A DNA stretch of 64,000 nucleotides from Mytilus edulis (Eukaryota). A program made the position numbers and the translations under genes. Where the stretch lies: contig NC_092350.1 of NCBI RefSeq assembly GCF_963676685.1, positions 40,424,001-40,488,000 of the forward strand, in the 5' to 3' direction. The stretch's first letter is position 1, and every line of letters begins with the position of its first letter. Shown here one piece after another: positions 22,436 through 33,788 of this stretch. The notes below the pieces were generated by a model. It was not told the origin of the DNA. It saw nothing but the letters and a program-made list of their open reading frames with translations, and did no database searches.

Positions 22436-25400
22436 ACAATAGACAATATTTTATTGGCACAAACGCATTTACAATAAATGGTAATGACCGAATGGATAAA
22501 CAATTTGCTATACATGGTAGTAAAATACAAACAATTATATATATATGTGTGAATAAACGATTAAAGGTATAATGAAAATCTATTACAATAGATTACTTCT
22601 TGCATTTAAACAATTTGTTACGAAAGAGGAAGATAATTTTAGTGCCGTATAAGGTGTATTATTAAGTATAAGATTTATTTTATTTTTATCGCACAAAGTG
22701 GATATACTTTTTCCTGTAATTTTGAACATTTTTAATACAAAAGTCTCTCTAATACTGGAGTAACCTCTGCAGTGTAGCAGCATGTGCTGTTCATTTTCAA
22801 TTTCGCCACTTTTACAGATTTCACAAATTCTTTGATCTCTGGGCACTTTTAAATATCTTCCTCTTTCAATGGCAAGGTTATGAGCACTAACTCTTAATTT
22901 ACATAATGATGATCGATCTGATCTATTTTTTAAAGCATCAACATAACCTGCCCGTTCACTCATTTTGTAAACACTTTGGAAAAATGTTAATTTTGGAGAT
23001 GCTGAAATATTTGCATGTTGTTCCTGAAAACCCTGTTCAATTAGTCTTTGTTTTATAAAACCAAACAGGGGTTTAATAGTAAGGTTATCATTTGACAAAT
23101 AAGATAAACCTAAGTTTTGAATAATAATATTTAACCTTTTAACCCATGGGTTGCTTTTTTTTGTAGCATTATATATTTGGTGAACTAAACTTCCTTCTGA
23201 AGTGATTAAATGGTCCCAGAATTTAATGCAAGATAACATTATCCTATTTTTCAATGGTAGTCTTGCAATTTCGGAACGACATGCATCATTCGAGGCCTTA
23301 CAGTGTACTCCCAAGATTTCTTTAATAAATTTTATATGCAACTTTTCATAGGCATCACTGTCTTTAAATGTCGAAATAATTCCCCAGATTTCGCTACAAT
23401 AAAGGAGAATAGGGGCTACTAAGGAATCAAAAAGTTTTTCCAGAAGTTTACAAGGGTTATCTAATCCTATTGTTTTCTTTATTTTAAAATATGCTTTCCT
23501 AGCTTTTTCCATAAGCGAAGTGATGGCGACATTAAAACTGCCATTATATCTAATATTAATACCCAAGTAACAATAAGTACTAACTGTCTCTAAGGATTTG
23601 CCATTATAATAAAATTCGTTTAGAAAAGACTGTCCGTTTGAATTAAAAACCATTACTTTTGATTTCTCTATATTGACTTGTAATTTCCAAGAAGAACAAT
23701 AATTACTTAATGTATTGAGACAATTTTGCAAACCCTCTTTGCTATCCGATAATAATACAATATCATCGGCATACAAAAGTGCATTAAATGAAACATCACC
23801 AACTACAACTGGATCTGCATTGATATTTTCCAAGTCTTTTTTAAGTATGTCGTTTATAAAAAAATTAAAGAGAAGAGGACTCAATACATCTCCTTGTTTA
23901 ACACCACAGTTTGATTCAAATGATGGGCTAAGACCATTAGAAAATTTAATTCTACATTTTGTATTAGAGTACATTGAAAATATTATATTAAAAATATGTT
24001 TTTGTACATTACTTTGAAGTAGTTTATGAAATAATCCTATTCTCCAAATTGTTTCAAACGCTTTTCTAAGATCAATGAAAGCAGCAAATATTTTTTTTTT
24101 TTGGATTTATAATTGCTGACAATGGATTTCAAGGAAAAGATGTGGTCTGCAGTTCGACTATCTTCTTTGAAGCCAATCTGGTTATTACTTATTAATTTGT
24201 TTACATTTATATGAGCAAGTAATCGAGAGAGGATTATTTTATTAAACAATTTTCCCAGGTTCGAAATAATGGATATCCCTCTGTAATTACCAGGGTCACT
24301 TTTACTTCCCTTTTTATGTAGAAGTACTAAAAATGATTCATTCCAAACTTTTTGAAAACTTCCATTACTTAAAATAAAGTTAAATAGCTTTTGTAATGGT
24401 TTTGTTAAGACTGATATTCCATTTACAACATTTCATTTGAAATAAGATCAGTAGCTGTGCTTTTCACATTTTTAAGGGACTTAATTGCCTTTACGATCTC
24501 ACTTGTTTTAATGTGTTTCTGAAAGTCATTTGTCCTGTTGTTTTTTTGAAAATCATCAAATAATGTTTCAAAATTTTTGAGAATTTTTTCTTGAAATGGG
24601 TTAAAACTCTCGCCCGTTTTGTTTAGTTTTTTAAAATAGCTGATAAATTCATCTTGTGCAAACTGTACAGAATCTTCATTATTATAAGATTTACTTAGTT
24701 TTTGTAAACGATTCCAAAATGTTTTAGGGTCTTTATTAACATTTGCACTTATTTGAAAACATATTTTATTTTTGTATGATCTTTCTGCCTTTTTACAAGC
24801 TCTTCTATACTTAGAGCGGCAGGAGTAAAAAGATTTTCTGTGAGTGTTATTATATGGAAATTTGTTAACCAGTTTTTCATAACTTTTAACTGTTTTGCGC
24901 AAATAATTACAAGAGTCTGAAAACCATGGCTTTCTTTTAGATTTTTTTTTCTATGGGGCATTTTGTTTACTAATTTGCTGATTTTTTTGCGCTTTCATAT
25001 AAAATTGATGTTAAAGATTGTACAGCTGAATCACTGCTTTTAAAAGAGTTATTTGTAAATAATGCTAATTTAGTTTTATTTTCTTTACTGGTGATATCCT
25101 TCACATATGACTCTATGGCTCCAGGTGACCAAATAAATTTTCCTGGAAGGGGATCCAGTTGTGTTAGGTTAACAAAATTTGTGGAATGGAAAAAAGTTAA
25201 CAATGTACAACTGATTGGATAATGGTTTGATAGTGACGTTAAGTCATGTATTTCAAAATAACCAACTAAGCTAAGTAAAATATAAAATCAAAAGACACAA
25301 GTGTATAATGTGAGGTCTATAATCAACAAGACTGCATCCATTATATTTTATGCATGATTGTTTACCATGTAAATCACCAATCGTTCTTCCATTCAATATT

Positions 25401-25687
25401 GTAAGGCTTGTTTCTTTACAAATATCAAGCAAACATCTACCACTATTATTAATACGTATGGGGTCAAGAATATTTCTTGGCATTATACTGTCTTCTACAT
25501 AATAGTTATCAACTACATATGGTTGTTTAGATTCATCAAATAACACATAGTCTGGTGAGGTATTTGTGTGGGCATTAAAATCCCCTTGCACCATTATATC
25601 TCCTAGTTTACAATATTTTTCAATATCAGACAGTAAATGTGCATATACAGAGTTAAGATCCGGTACATTACAACTGGAGTTTTCATG
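22436..25687 (-). mobile_element. 5'-truncated non-LTR retrotransposon (APE-RT; RTE-X or L2/CR1 group, clade unresolved) in intron 1 of TRIM copy 2
   Basis: APE motif QGDFN; RT motifs NQIGF, GVKQGDVLSPLLF, YADD; C-terminal CxxC...H...C; frameshifted; AATAAA plus ATTGTCT tail; TTCATG duplicated at 22430-22435 and 25682-25687. Empty site at 51075-51085. Confidence 0.9.
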
Positions 25688-25871
25688 TAATAAAAAGGTT
25701 AATATATAGATCGATTTAACACAAGAATGTTAACTAAAATGTAGGAAACATCTCTACGCTATTAGAGCAAGAACAGTGTTGTTTTGTTACAAAATGTGAA
25801 ATAATAAATAATAATAAAATAGTAAAAAGGGTTAATAAAGAAAAATAACATTTACAAAAACAAAAACGTAC

Positions 25872-25970
25872 CTGCAGTTTAAACAACACAAATCAATGTA
25901 TTCGACCAGGAAGTTGAGCACTAAACATTTAGGTGAATTGGATCGACTTGTTCAAGTTATAAAACGCGCC
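25872..25970 (-). promoter_or_regulatory. Putative core promoter and non-coding exon 1 of TRIM copy 2
   Basis: GGCGCG-TTTTATAA (25970-25957), Inr-like TCA 30 nt downstream (25934), CTTCCTGG, donor CTGCAG|GTACGT; conserved at five loci. Confidence 0.65.
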
Positions 25971-26410
25971 AAATTTTAAATGTACTTAATTTTGTAAAAT
26001 GAAATCAAAATGTGCTTTTCTAGAAAACTAGGACACAACGTATATACCATACCATTCATACTAATCGCATTATCAATGATTACTCAATAGTTAATGACCC
26101 CAAAAAAAATCTTCAATACCTTAATAACGTATATCAGTATCTCAAAAGTCAAACCGCCACACGATGTGATGCAACCTAAGCCCTTATTTGAAAATCTAAG
26201 AATTCTACTACCAATATAATCACAAAATATGCGGTTGGTTAAAAAGAACAGATCGTGTTTTTTTATGTCAATTGTTTTATATCAGCAATTTTTATCTTGA
26301 TTATATGAAACACGTGAAGTGCACCTCTAGTATATCCGGTAAAGGTTAAAAGTGAAGGATGGTTGAATGCAAGCGAAAAAATACATGAGTTTGACGTTTT
26401 TGGACTCGAT

Positions 26411-26575
26411 CGTCACTGATGGGTCTTTTGGAGACGAAACGCGCGTTTGGCGAAAATACAAAATTTAATCCTGGTTTCTATAATGAGTTTATTTACAAAC
26501 ACTGAGTCTTTTAGAGACGAAATGTCCGTCTGGCGTAAATACAAAATTTAATCCTGCTATCTATGAAGAGTTTAT
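26411..26575 (+). repeat. Two tandem degenerate minimal-hammerhead repeat units
   Basis: CGTCA-CTGATGG-GTCT-TTTGG-AGAC-GAAA-CGCGCG-TT-TGGCG followed by a partial second copy at 26501-26536. Confidence 0.6.
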
Positions 26576-27884
26576 TAAAACGTTTTAGTATACCTACATC
26601 TATTTATTCATATGTATGGATTCATACCTTGATCGAATATATATAGTAAACCAACATTACGATAAACTATTTATTACTAACTAAATATGAATAATCTAAC
26701 AAATTAAATGTAAACAAACTAACTGCAACTTAGAAAACTAAGGATTTACACCAGTTTGACCATATCAATATAAAAAGAACTTGGGGAAACAGGTATAAAG
26801 GCTTTTGTGTATAATTTGTATCGAATCGACCAAATACAGGTGCAAAGCAGCTGTAGTCCCCAAGTCTGTCTCTGATTATTGTTTTTGAGCAACCTTCTGA
26901 AAATAAGGGTAATTATAAATATGTCTTTTGAGCAATATAAAGACCATCTACCGAGTGTTTGAATTGAATTATCTGCGAGACGGGAATCATCGACAGAAGC
27001 TAGTAGTAGCAGCGATTCGAAAGACTGCCCATTGCATGATTATTCGTTTTTGGACCTCGTTAACCTCATTTTTACTAAGGGTTACTTCAATATCACGCGT
27101 TTTAGATTAAGCTCATGAAAATCCGATAAAGTGACATCAATATCGATATATCTCATATGTTTCAGATTAATTGTCAAGTCCATAGATTTGTTATCAATGT
27201 TATTAGAGCTGTATGTTCATCATCAAGGCAATATATTAATCGTCAGTGCTGTAAATTAATTTCTGATATTGTAGTTTATTTTCGAATCCTTAAAAATAAT
27301 TGCTTATGTTGCAGATTAATCGAAAATTCTCAATATAACGAAACTATTGGTGTTTGTCAAATTGCTATTTAACCAGTGCATTTTATCTGACAAAACGGTT
27401 GGTTCAAAATTTTTTAAATTTTTATCTTTTTATTAAAGTCTCAAAGTAAATACTTTTACAAAATTTCATGAAAATTAAACGAGCCAAATGAATTTTAGTG
27501 AAAGTGATGGGTACCACCTTAAAACTCTAATATTCAATTTTGTCAGTTTGTATGGACTTATCTCTTTTAGAATTTGCCTTTGAGTACTGTATTTTTGTTC
27601 AACTTTCTTTACTATTTCCGGTTCATTAGTGACCTACATAATGACTAGGTCATGTTTATCTCTGACTGTTTATGATGTCTGTACCCTAAATTAATTAGAT
27701 GTTTGATGTGTTCTGATTGATATAAAGTCTTATACCTATGAACTAGCTACCAGTAATTGTGAGTACTCTCAGATCGCTACTTAGTGTCTTTTTGTTGAGA
27801 TGTACAAGTACACGGCCACGTCCACTCTGTGTTTTTGTTAGATGCATCTCTATATGTATCCATCTAATGAGTCTCCCAATTGAA

Positions 27885-28780
27885 ACCATAGTCCAGGGCT
27901 TGTATTTTCTATCACGAGTTCCTTGATAGAGGATTGCCACTCACAAGGAAGTTATTAAACCAATAGTTCCAAAAGGTGAAGTTGAAACCATCCCTTCGAA
28001 AATTTTACGGACGCCATGACAAGTTGGTTGACCGTTACAGAATATCCGTTTAAAAGATGCTATCGGATATGTTCCAAATGTTGAAACTACAATCATTTTC
28101 TCTATCCACGAATGTGATCGTGCGAATAAGACTATGTACTGGGTTTCTAATAACACGAAGAATGCAACATATGGAGCAGGATATGCTTACCCTTCCGGAG
28201 AACATGAGAACACCCCAAGTATTTTGTGGGGTTTGTGTCGCGTATTCTTAAGTTTTCTATGTTGTGTCTTGTGTACAATTATGTTTCAAACATAATTGTC
28301 TTGTTCTTTCTTGGCCATAGCGTTGTCAGTTTATTTTTTATTTATAAGTTTAAATGTCCCTCTAGTATCTTTCGCCACTCTTTTAAGCCCTTATTGAATG
28401 ATATTTTTAGTTTTTTTATGTTTTCCTGTTACACCACTCTCCCAGGTTAAGGGGAGGGTTGTGATCCCGTTAACCAGAATAACCCCACCACATTTGGTAG
28501 GTATGTGCCTGTCCCAAATCAGGAGCCTGTTATTCAGTGGTTCTGGTTGGTTACTTTGTTAGATAGTTGTTTTCCGTTCATTCTTTTAAACATTAAAAAG
28601 TCTACATGTTTTCTAGTTTGCATTGTTTTATATTTGTGATGTTGGGCCCTGACTATACGGTATGAGAATTGCACTTTGCTGATGGCCATACGGTGAAATA
28701 TAGTTGATCATTTCTGTGTCATTTTGTCTCTTGTGAAGGATAGTCTCAATGGCAATCATACCACATCTTTTTCGTTATAT
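27885..28780 (+). mobile_element. Decayed 3' fragment of a second Penelope-like family, carried in the TRIM duplication unit (also 47990-48790, 58480-59240)
   Basis: Plus strand reads DRGLPLTRKLLNQ*FQKVKLKPSLRKFYGRH, matching the C-terminus of ORF 54082-54717. Same position downstream of TRIM copies 3, 6 and 7. Confidence 0.75.
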
Positions 28781-29194
28781 TATATTGGTTAACATGATAC
28801 TCTTTCGAAAACAATCTGTAATTGTACTTTTTTAAAGACACCTCCAAACTATCAATATGTACGCGAAACTGAGTTATTTGTATAAATTATATGTTAATTG
28901 AATAAAATAAACATGTCAATTTTTGATATGCTTTATTGCTTTATTTTTCAACAACCTCAATTTCAATGTTGAAAGTTTAACGTAAATTATTGAAAGTAGC
29001 AATTCAATTATTATTTGTATGCTTAAAATAACTGTTCTAAGGTATTTTCTACGCAACTTACTGATTACACATAATCATAAAATTTTGAGTAGAATTTTCG
29101 AGATGATTTAATAGTGCAAAAAAAGGCTAACGGACGAAGCAGCAAAAAGGTACTACATATTTTATCTAGAATAAACATGTTGCGAATTAAGTTT

Positions 29195-30880
29195 CTAATC
29201 GATAACATCATATATAAAACATTCAGCGTATTTATTTACAACCAATAGATGCTTGCTATTTCTATCGAAATGAATCGCACAAAGCCTTTCAAATCCATCC
29301 TCCTGCGATAAAAGTGTTCTGTTTTGTTTTCCATCAGGTGATAACACCACAACTCGATGTAATGTTGAACAAGCAACGTACACTTTTCCTCTATTATCAA
29401 CTGCTATGCCATGTGGATATTTCAATAAACTCTCATCTTTAAATGCCCAAATTTCCTTCCCGTTTATATCGCAAGATGTGACAGTTCTAGTAAAATCATT
29501 AGTATAATAAATTATGTTATCAAAGATGTCAATATAGGACCATGAAGGTAAATCAGATTTGATGATAAGGATACTGCTGTCGTCTTGGAGGTTAAGTTTG
29601 AAAATACCCTCGCTGGGGGCACAAACAAACAATGACCCATTGTGGTGTATTATTCCAAAGCATTTATAATTTGTTGGAATATACCTTATTACTTTGTGTG
29701 TATCAATATCTATAATGTTGACACCTTTACGTGAATCTATAGTTGAAGTTATAGCTACGGTTTTATCATCTATATATGTTACATCAAATGCATTGGCAGG
29801 CTTTACTGAGTATTTCCGAAGTATTTTTCCGTCGGTACGGAAGATAGCAACATTTCCTTTATTCTGATCACTTATTGCAATATTTCCACTTGGTAGTGCA
29901 ACAACGCCTTTAATGTCTGAAAACTCGTGCTTTATTGTTTTCATTAGCCTTAACTTTAGATCACCGATGGATTTAATCCTTGACTCTACTATCTGAGCTT
30001 CTTTATTTTTGTGTCTAATTAGGGGAAGTTGATATGGAGTTTTCTGCAATTCCACTGACCCGAAAGCTGTAATGTCATCGCTAATCGTGTCTATTTTGTC
30101 ATCAATCGTAAGCAGTAAAGTTATTTCATCCATGCAGTGGTCTCCAACGATCGATTGTAGGTACGAATCAGTGCTAGCTGCCTCTGATGAGATCTTCCGT
30201 AATCCAAGGTACGTTTGAAGGTCAGTCGCGTACCTGTCGATATCTTGTAACTGTTGTTCAGCATGATGTGTATTAGTATTCCTGCTTTCTAGGATCTGAA
30301 GTGTGTGTTTAATACTATCGTTTGATTTACTTGTTATCTCAACGATTTCATTTCTTATCTTCTTTTCCAATTTATCGAAGTGGGAATTAACTTTGTTCCT
30401 TATGTCGCTGATTTGGGATAATATTGTCTTTTCTTGCTGCTTTATACTTTCTTGTTGTTTCTTTAATTCACTAAACATACTTTTTATGTTTTTATCAATG
30501 TCTTTCAAACTTTGTTTTGTTTCTTGGAAAAGTGACGACTTTTTCACGTTTTCTAACACCTTACTAAGAGGAACTATACCTTTGCATTCGTCATGATTTT
30601 CAATACATTTCAGGCAGAGAAGTTCATCGTGAGCTTGGCAAACCATTTGGTATTGATCATTATGTTTGATGCACATATTGCTGGTTTGTGAAATAGATGA
30701 AGACATCGCCGAGTAATCCTGCATCGATACAGTAACGTGATGTTTGGACGACCTTGAAAAACCGTGATAATCATTACAATCTTCACAAAATGCTTGTTCA
30801 CATTCGGGACACCAGACAGTGGACGGTTTTGTTATATGCCGATGGTCACAGATATCGCAATATTGCTGAGTTGATGCCAT
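29195..30880 (-). CDS. RING-less TRIM-NHL-like protein, copy 3 (561 aa)
   Basis: Intact ORF with two B-boxes, coiled coil and NHL-like repeats (YPHGIAVDNRGKVYVA); acceptor TTTTTTGCAG 10 nt upstream of the ATG. Confidence 0.92.
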   Translation of the reverse strand: MASTQQYCDICDHRHITKPSTVWCPECEQAFCEDCNDYHGFSRSSKHHVTVSMQDYSAMSSSISQTSNMCIKHNDQYQMVCQAHDELLCLKCIENHDECKGIVPLSKVLENVKKSSLFQETKQSLKDIDKNIKSMFSELKKQQESIKQQEKTILSQISDIRNKVNSHFDKLEKKIRNEIVEITSKSNDSIKHTLQILESRNTNTHHAEQQLQDIDRYATDLQTYLGLRKISSEAASTDSYLQSIVGDHCMDEITLLLTIDDKIDTISDDITAFGSVELQKTPYQLPLIRHKNKEAQIVESRIKSIGDLKLRLMKTIKHEFSDIKGVVALPSGNIAISDQNKGNVAIFRTDGKILRKYSVKPANAFDVTYIDDKTVAITSTIDSRKGVNIIDIDTHKVIRYIPTNYKCFGIIHHNGSLFVCAPSEGIFKLNLQDDSSILIIKSDLPSWSYIDIFDNIIYYTNDFTRTVTSCDINGKEIWAFKDESLLKYPHGIAVDNRGKVYVACSTLHRVVVLSPDGKQNRTLLSQEDGFERLCAIHFDRNSKHLLVVNKYAECFIYDVID

Positions 30881-31052
30881 TTAATGTTTCCTGCAAAAAA
30901 TGTGTCTGCATAATGGTTTTGCACAATATAAATAAAACCGTATGGAATCATTTAATTTTCTTGATTTGTTCAACACAAAATGTAAACAATTTCTGAGGTT
31001 TACTGCACCCTATTGAACGAAACCTCACTGATTTCATTTTAAAACTTATCAA

Positions 31053-32526
31053 CCGTATCGTATACGTTGACATATCCGCATCTGCAGATTTATCAAAAAA
31101 TATTATGTGATCCCGAGCTTAAGAACACTTTACGTTCGAAACAATCAAACATTCACTTTCAAAATTTGCAATAGTGTTGTTTTGTGAAAATAATAATAAG
31201 GGGGTCTATCAACTACTTTTAAATACCTTTAAAAAAGAGCCAATGTAGGGCAGGTACACGAATATCGTACACAATCCTTTAAAAAAATATTTAATCTAGT
31301 TAAAAAGTATTTCAAGATCTTACATGAATAAACACACACAAAAAGATAAAATGTACTACTTGTATACATGTAAGGAACTTTGAATATTGTTCTTTTGCGA
31401 TGTTATCATAAGAGGTAATATAAACACGAGTTGTCTTCAGATGTAGCATGTTAATCTATTGTAATAAGAAATCATAATATCTAATGAAATTTGTAGATTT
31501 AGCTAACAAAGTCCTTATATTTGTATAAAGTAACATTCGTTTATATTGGAAATTTATTTTAACGTAAAATAAGCTACAATTAAAAATTGCTTGCTAGTCA
31601 CTCTCTGTGACTAATATTAGATAAGTCTGGTTAGTTTCCCAATCAACCTATCATGAAGGGGAGATAAATATATCTGCTTTTATTTATAGTTTTTTTCAAA
31701 CATGATGAACGGTTCTTTATATTGGTATGTAATTATTTCAAACGTTTCAAATTATTGAAATTATATTCGTACATCAATGTCTTTGATACACCAATAACAA
31801 AAACTGAAATATATTGAATTGATACATGTTTTGATTATTCAAAATTAAATTTGAAACCTAACTTTATTATAAAATGGAAGTTAAACCCACTGTAAACATA
31901 TTTCTTTGAAAATTTTCAAAACTTACTCAGAAAAATACTGGAGCCACTTGACTTCATCGCTCATAATTAACGTTTTTACACAATATTTGGATAAAGTAGT
32001 TAAGGATTATTTGCTTCTCAAAGTGTGAGACGCAATGTAAATCGTATGCTTGCATCATCTTACCCAAATACAGATTGAATTAAGTCCTGAACATTTCGAC
32101 ATTTGTGTGTTTAGTTTTATCAATACCGGTTTTAAACAAATCACACATACATGTTAAGATCCGACTAAATACCTATATTACAATATCTTCAGGTAAATAT
32201 GCTATCAGATGTCATATAAATGCATGTACATTTAAATAAAACAATACTGAGTATCACTCTATTTGTCAAAAACAATTTGGTTCTACGTGAGCACAAGTTA
32301 GCAGACAAATAAACGATTTTACCGTATTCACTCCTATCATGCCTGTAAACGGTCCAACTACCCGGAATATCTTCAAAAGTCGTATTACATGTTCCACAAA
32401 AACTCGCATTATAAATTTATCAGTTGCTAATTTGCATTATTGAAAGTACATAAAATTAAAGCTCGAGATCACATACTTATTTTTGATAAATCTGCAGATG
32501 CGTATACGTCAACGTAAACGATACGG
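31053..32526. mobile_element. Non-autonomous TIR DNA transposon (Tc1/mariner-like) in intron 1 of copy 3
   Basis: About 70-bp TIRs CCGTATCGTATACGTTGACATATCCGCATCTGCAGATTTATCAAAAA / TTTTTGATAAATCTGCAGATGCGTATACGTCAACGTAAACGATACGG; TA on the right flank. Confidence 0.75.
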
Positions 32527-32530
32527 TAAA

Positions 32531-33491
32531 AGATTTCCAATAAAATGACATACGTACCTAACTCGACGTACGCACGTAACGGGACCGGTTATTGCTTACC
32601 TATTAATTTTCTCAAATGCGTCACTCAAGATTTAACTAAAAATTCCTGAACTATTAAACCCATTCATAATAAGTTTTATCAATATCTAGTATTTCAAAGA
32701 TGATGAAAAACGAAAGATATCATGATTTCTGTATATCACGTGATTATTGAGATTCCCGCCTCAACTTCACTGCCATAAGACCATGTATGTATACGTATCT
32801 TTACCTATCTTACGATTCATTTGAGTTGTCTTTTATTGTTTTGACAACGACTTTGTTTTCCGATATACTTTGCAAAATTTAATAAACCTCTTATTTGTTG
32901 ACATTTTGTTGATTTTGTTTGTCGTTATCAGATTGGTGTGCCTTCTTTTTATAATGTTTTATAATATCCAATTTCCGAAGGTATTTATTGTATAAACTCA
33001 TCATAGATACTAATTTTAGTATATACGCCAGACGCGCGTTTCGTCTACAAAAGACTCATCAGTGACGCTCGAATCCAAAGAAGTTAAAAAGGCCAATTTT
33101 ATTAGATAGATTTTGTAAGCAATCTCAGAAAAAAAATGAAGTCAAAGTGTTAATCAGAATTTGTCTGTTAAAGTTGATAAATGGGATTGCATCATACTAT
33201 ATTACGCATCATTTCAAACGTTCTCTTCTTCTGCAGTTAATATCCTTTATTTTACAGTCATTATAATATTTGTGTCAATAAAATTACTCAAAACTTAATG
33301 AAATATTTTAAGATTAAAAAAATGTGTTGGGGTTGATTTTTTGACATTAAGTTTATTCAAGCAAAACATGCGTGTTCAAGAGCAAAACATGCGTACAGTG
33401 TATTCTCCCCTACGTCATGCTTCAATGCAATAGGACGAAATACGTTGAGTTAGGTCGGTTATGTCGAGTAAAGTCATTTTATTGGAAATCT
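32531..33491. mobile_element. Second TIR element in intron 1 of copy 3
   Basis: Perfect 19-bp inverted repeat AGATTTCCAATAAAATGAC / GTCATTTTATTGGAAATCT plus inner IR ACCTAACTCGACGTA / TACGTTGAGTTAGGT. Confidence 0.6.
33025..33068 (-). ncRNA. Minimal type I hammerhead ribozyme (intact core)
   Basis: GCGTCA-CTGATGA-GTCT-TTTGT-AGAC-GAAA-CGCGCG-TC/TGGCGT: stem I 6 bp, stem II 4 bp, palindromic stem III ACGCGCGT, GUC cleavage triplet. Confidence 0.8.
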
Positions 33492-33683
33492 CTATTATGA
33501 CCGACCTATTTAAAAAGCGAATATATGGATCGATTTAACACAAGAATGGTGACTAAAATATACGAAACATCTCTACCCTATGAGAGCAAAAACATTTTGT
33601 TTTAAATAATGTGAAATAATATATAATAAAACAGTGAAAAGGGTTAAGAAAGATTAACAACATTTACAAAAGCAAAAATGTAC

Positions 33684-33788
33684 CTGCAGTTCAAACAACA
33701 TCAATCAATACAATGTTTTCCACCAGGAAGTTGAACAGGTAAACAGTTACGTGAATTTGATTAACTTGTTCAAGTTATAAAACGCGCC
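33684..33788 (-). promoter_or_regulatory. Putative core promoter and non-coding exon 1 of TRIM copy 3
   Basis: GGCGCG-TTTTATAA, TCA 30 nt downstream (33752), CTTCCTGG, donor CTGCAG|GTACAT. Confidence 0.65.
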
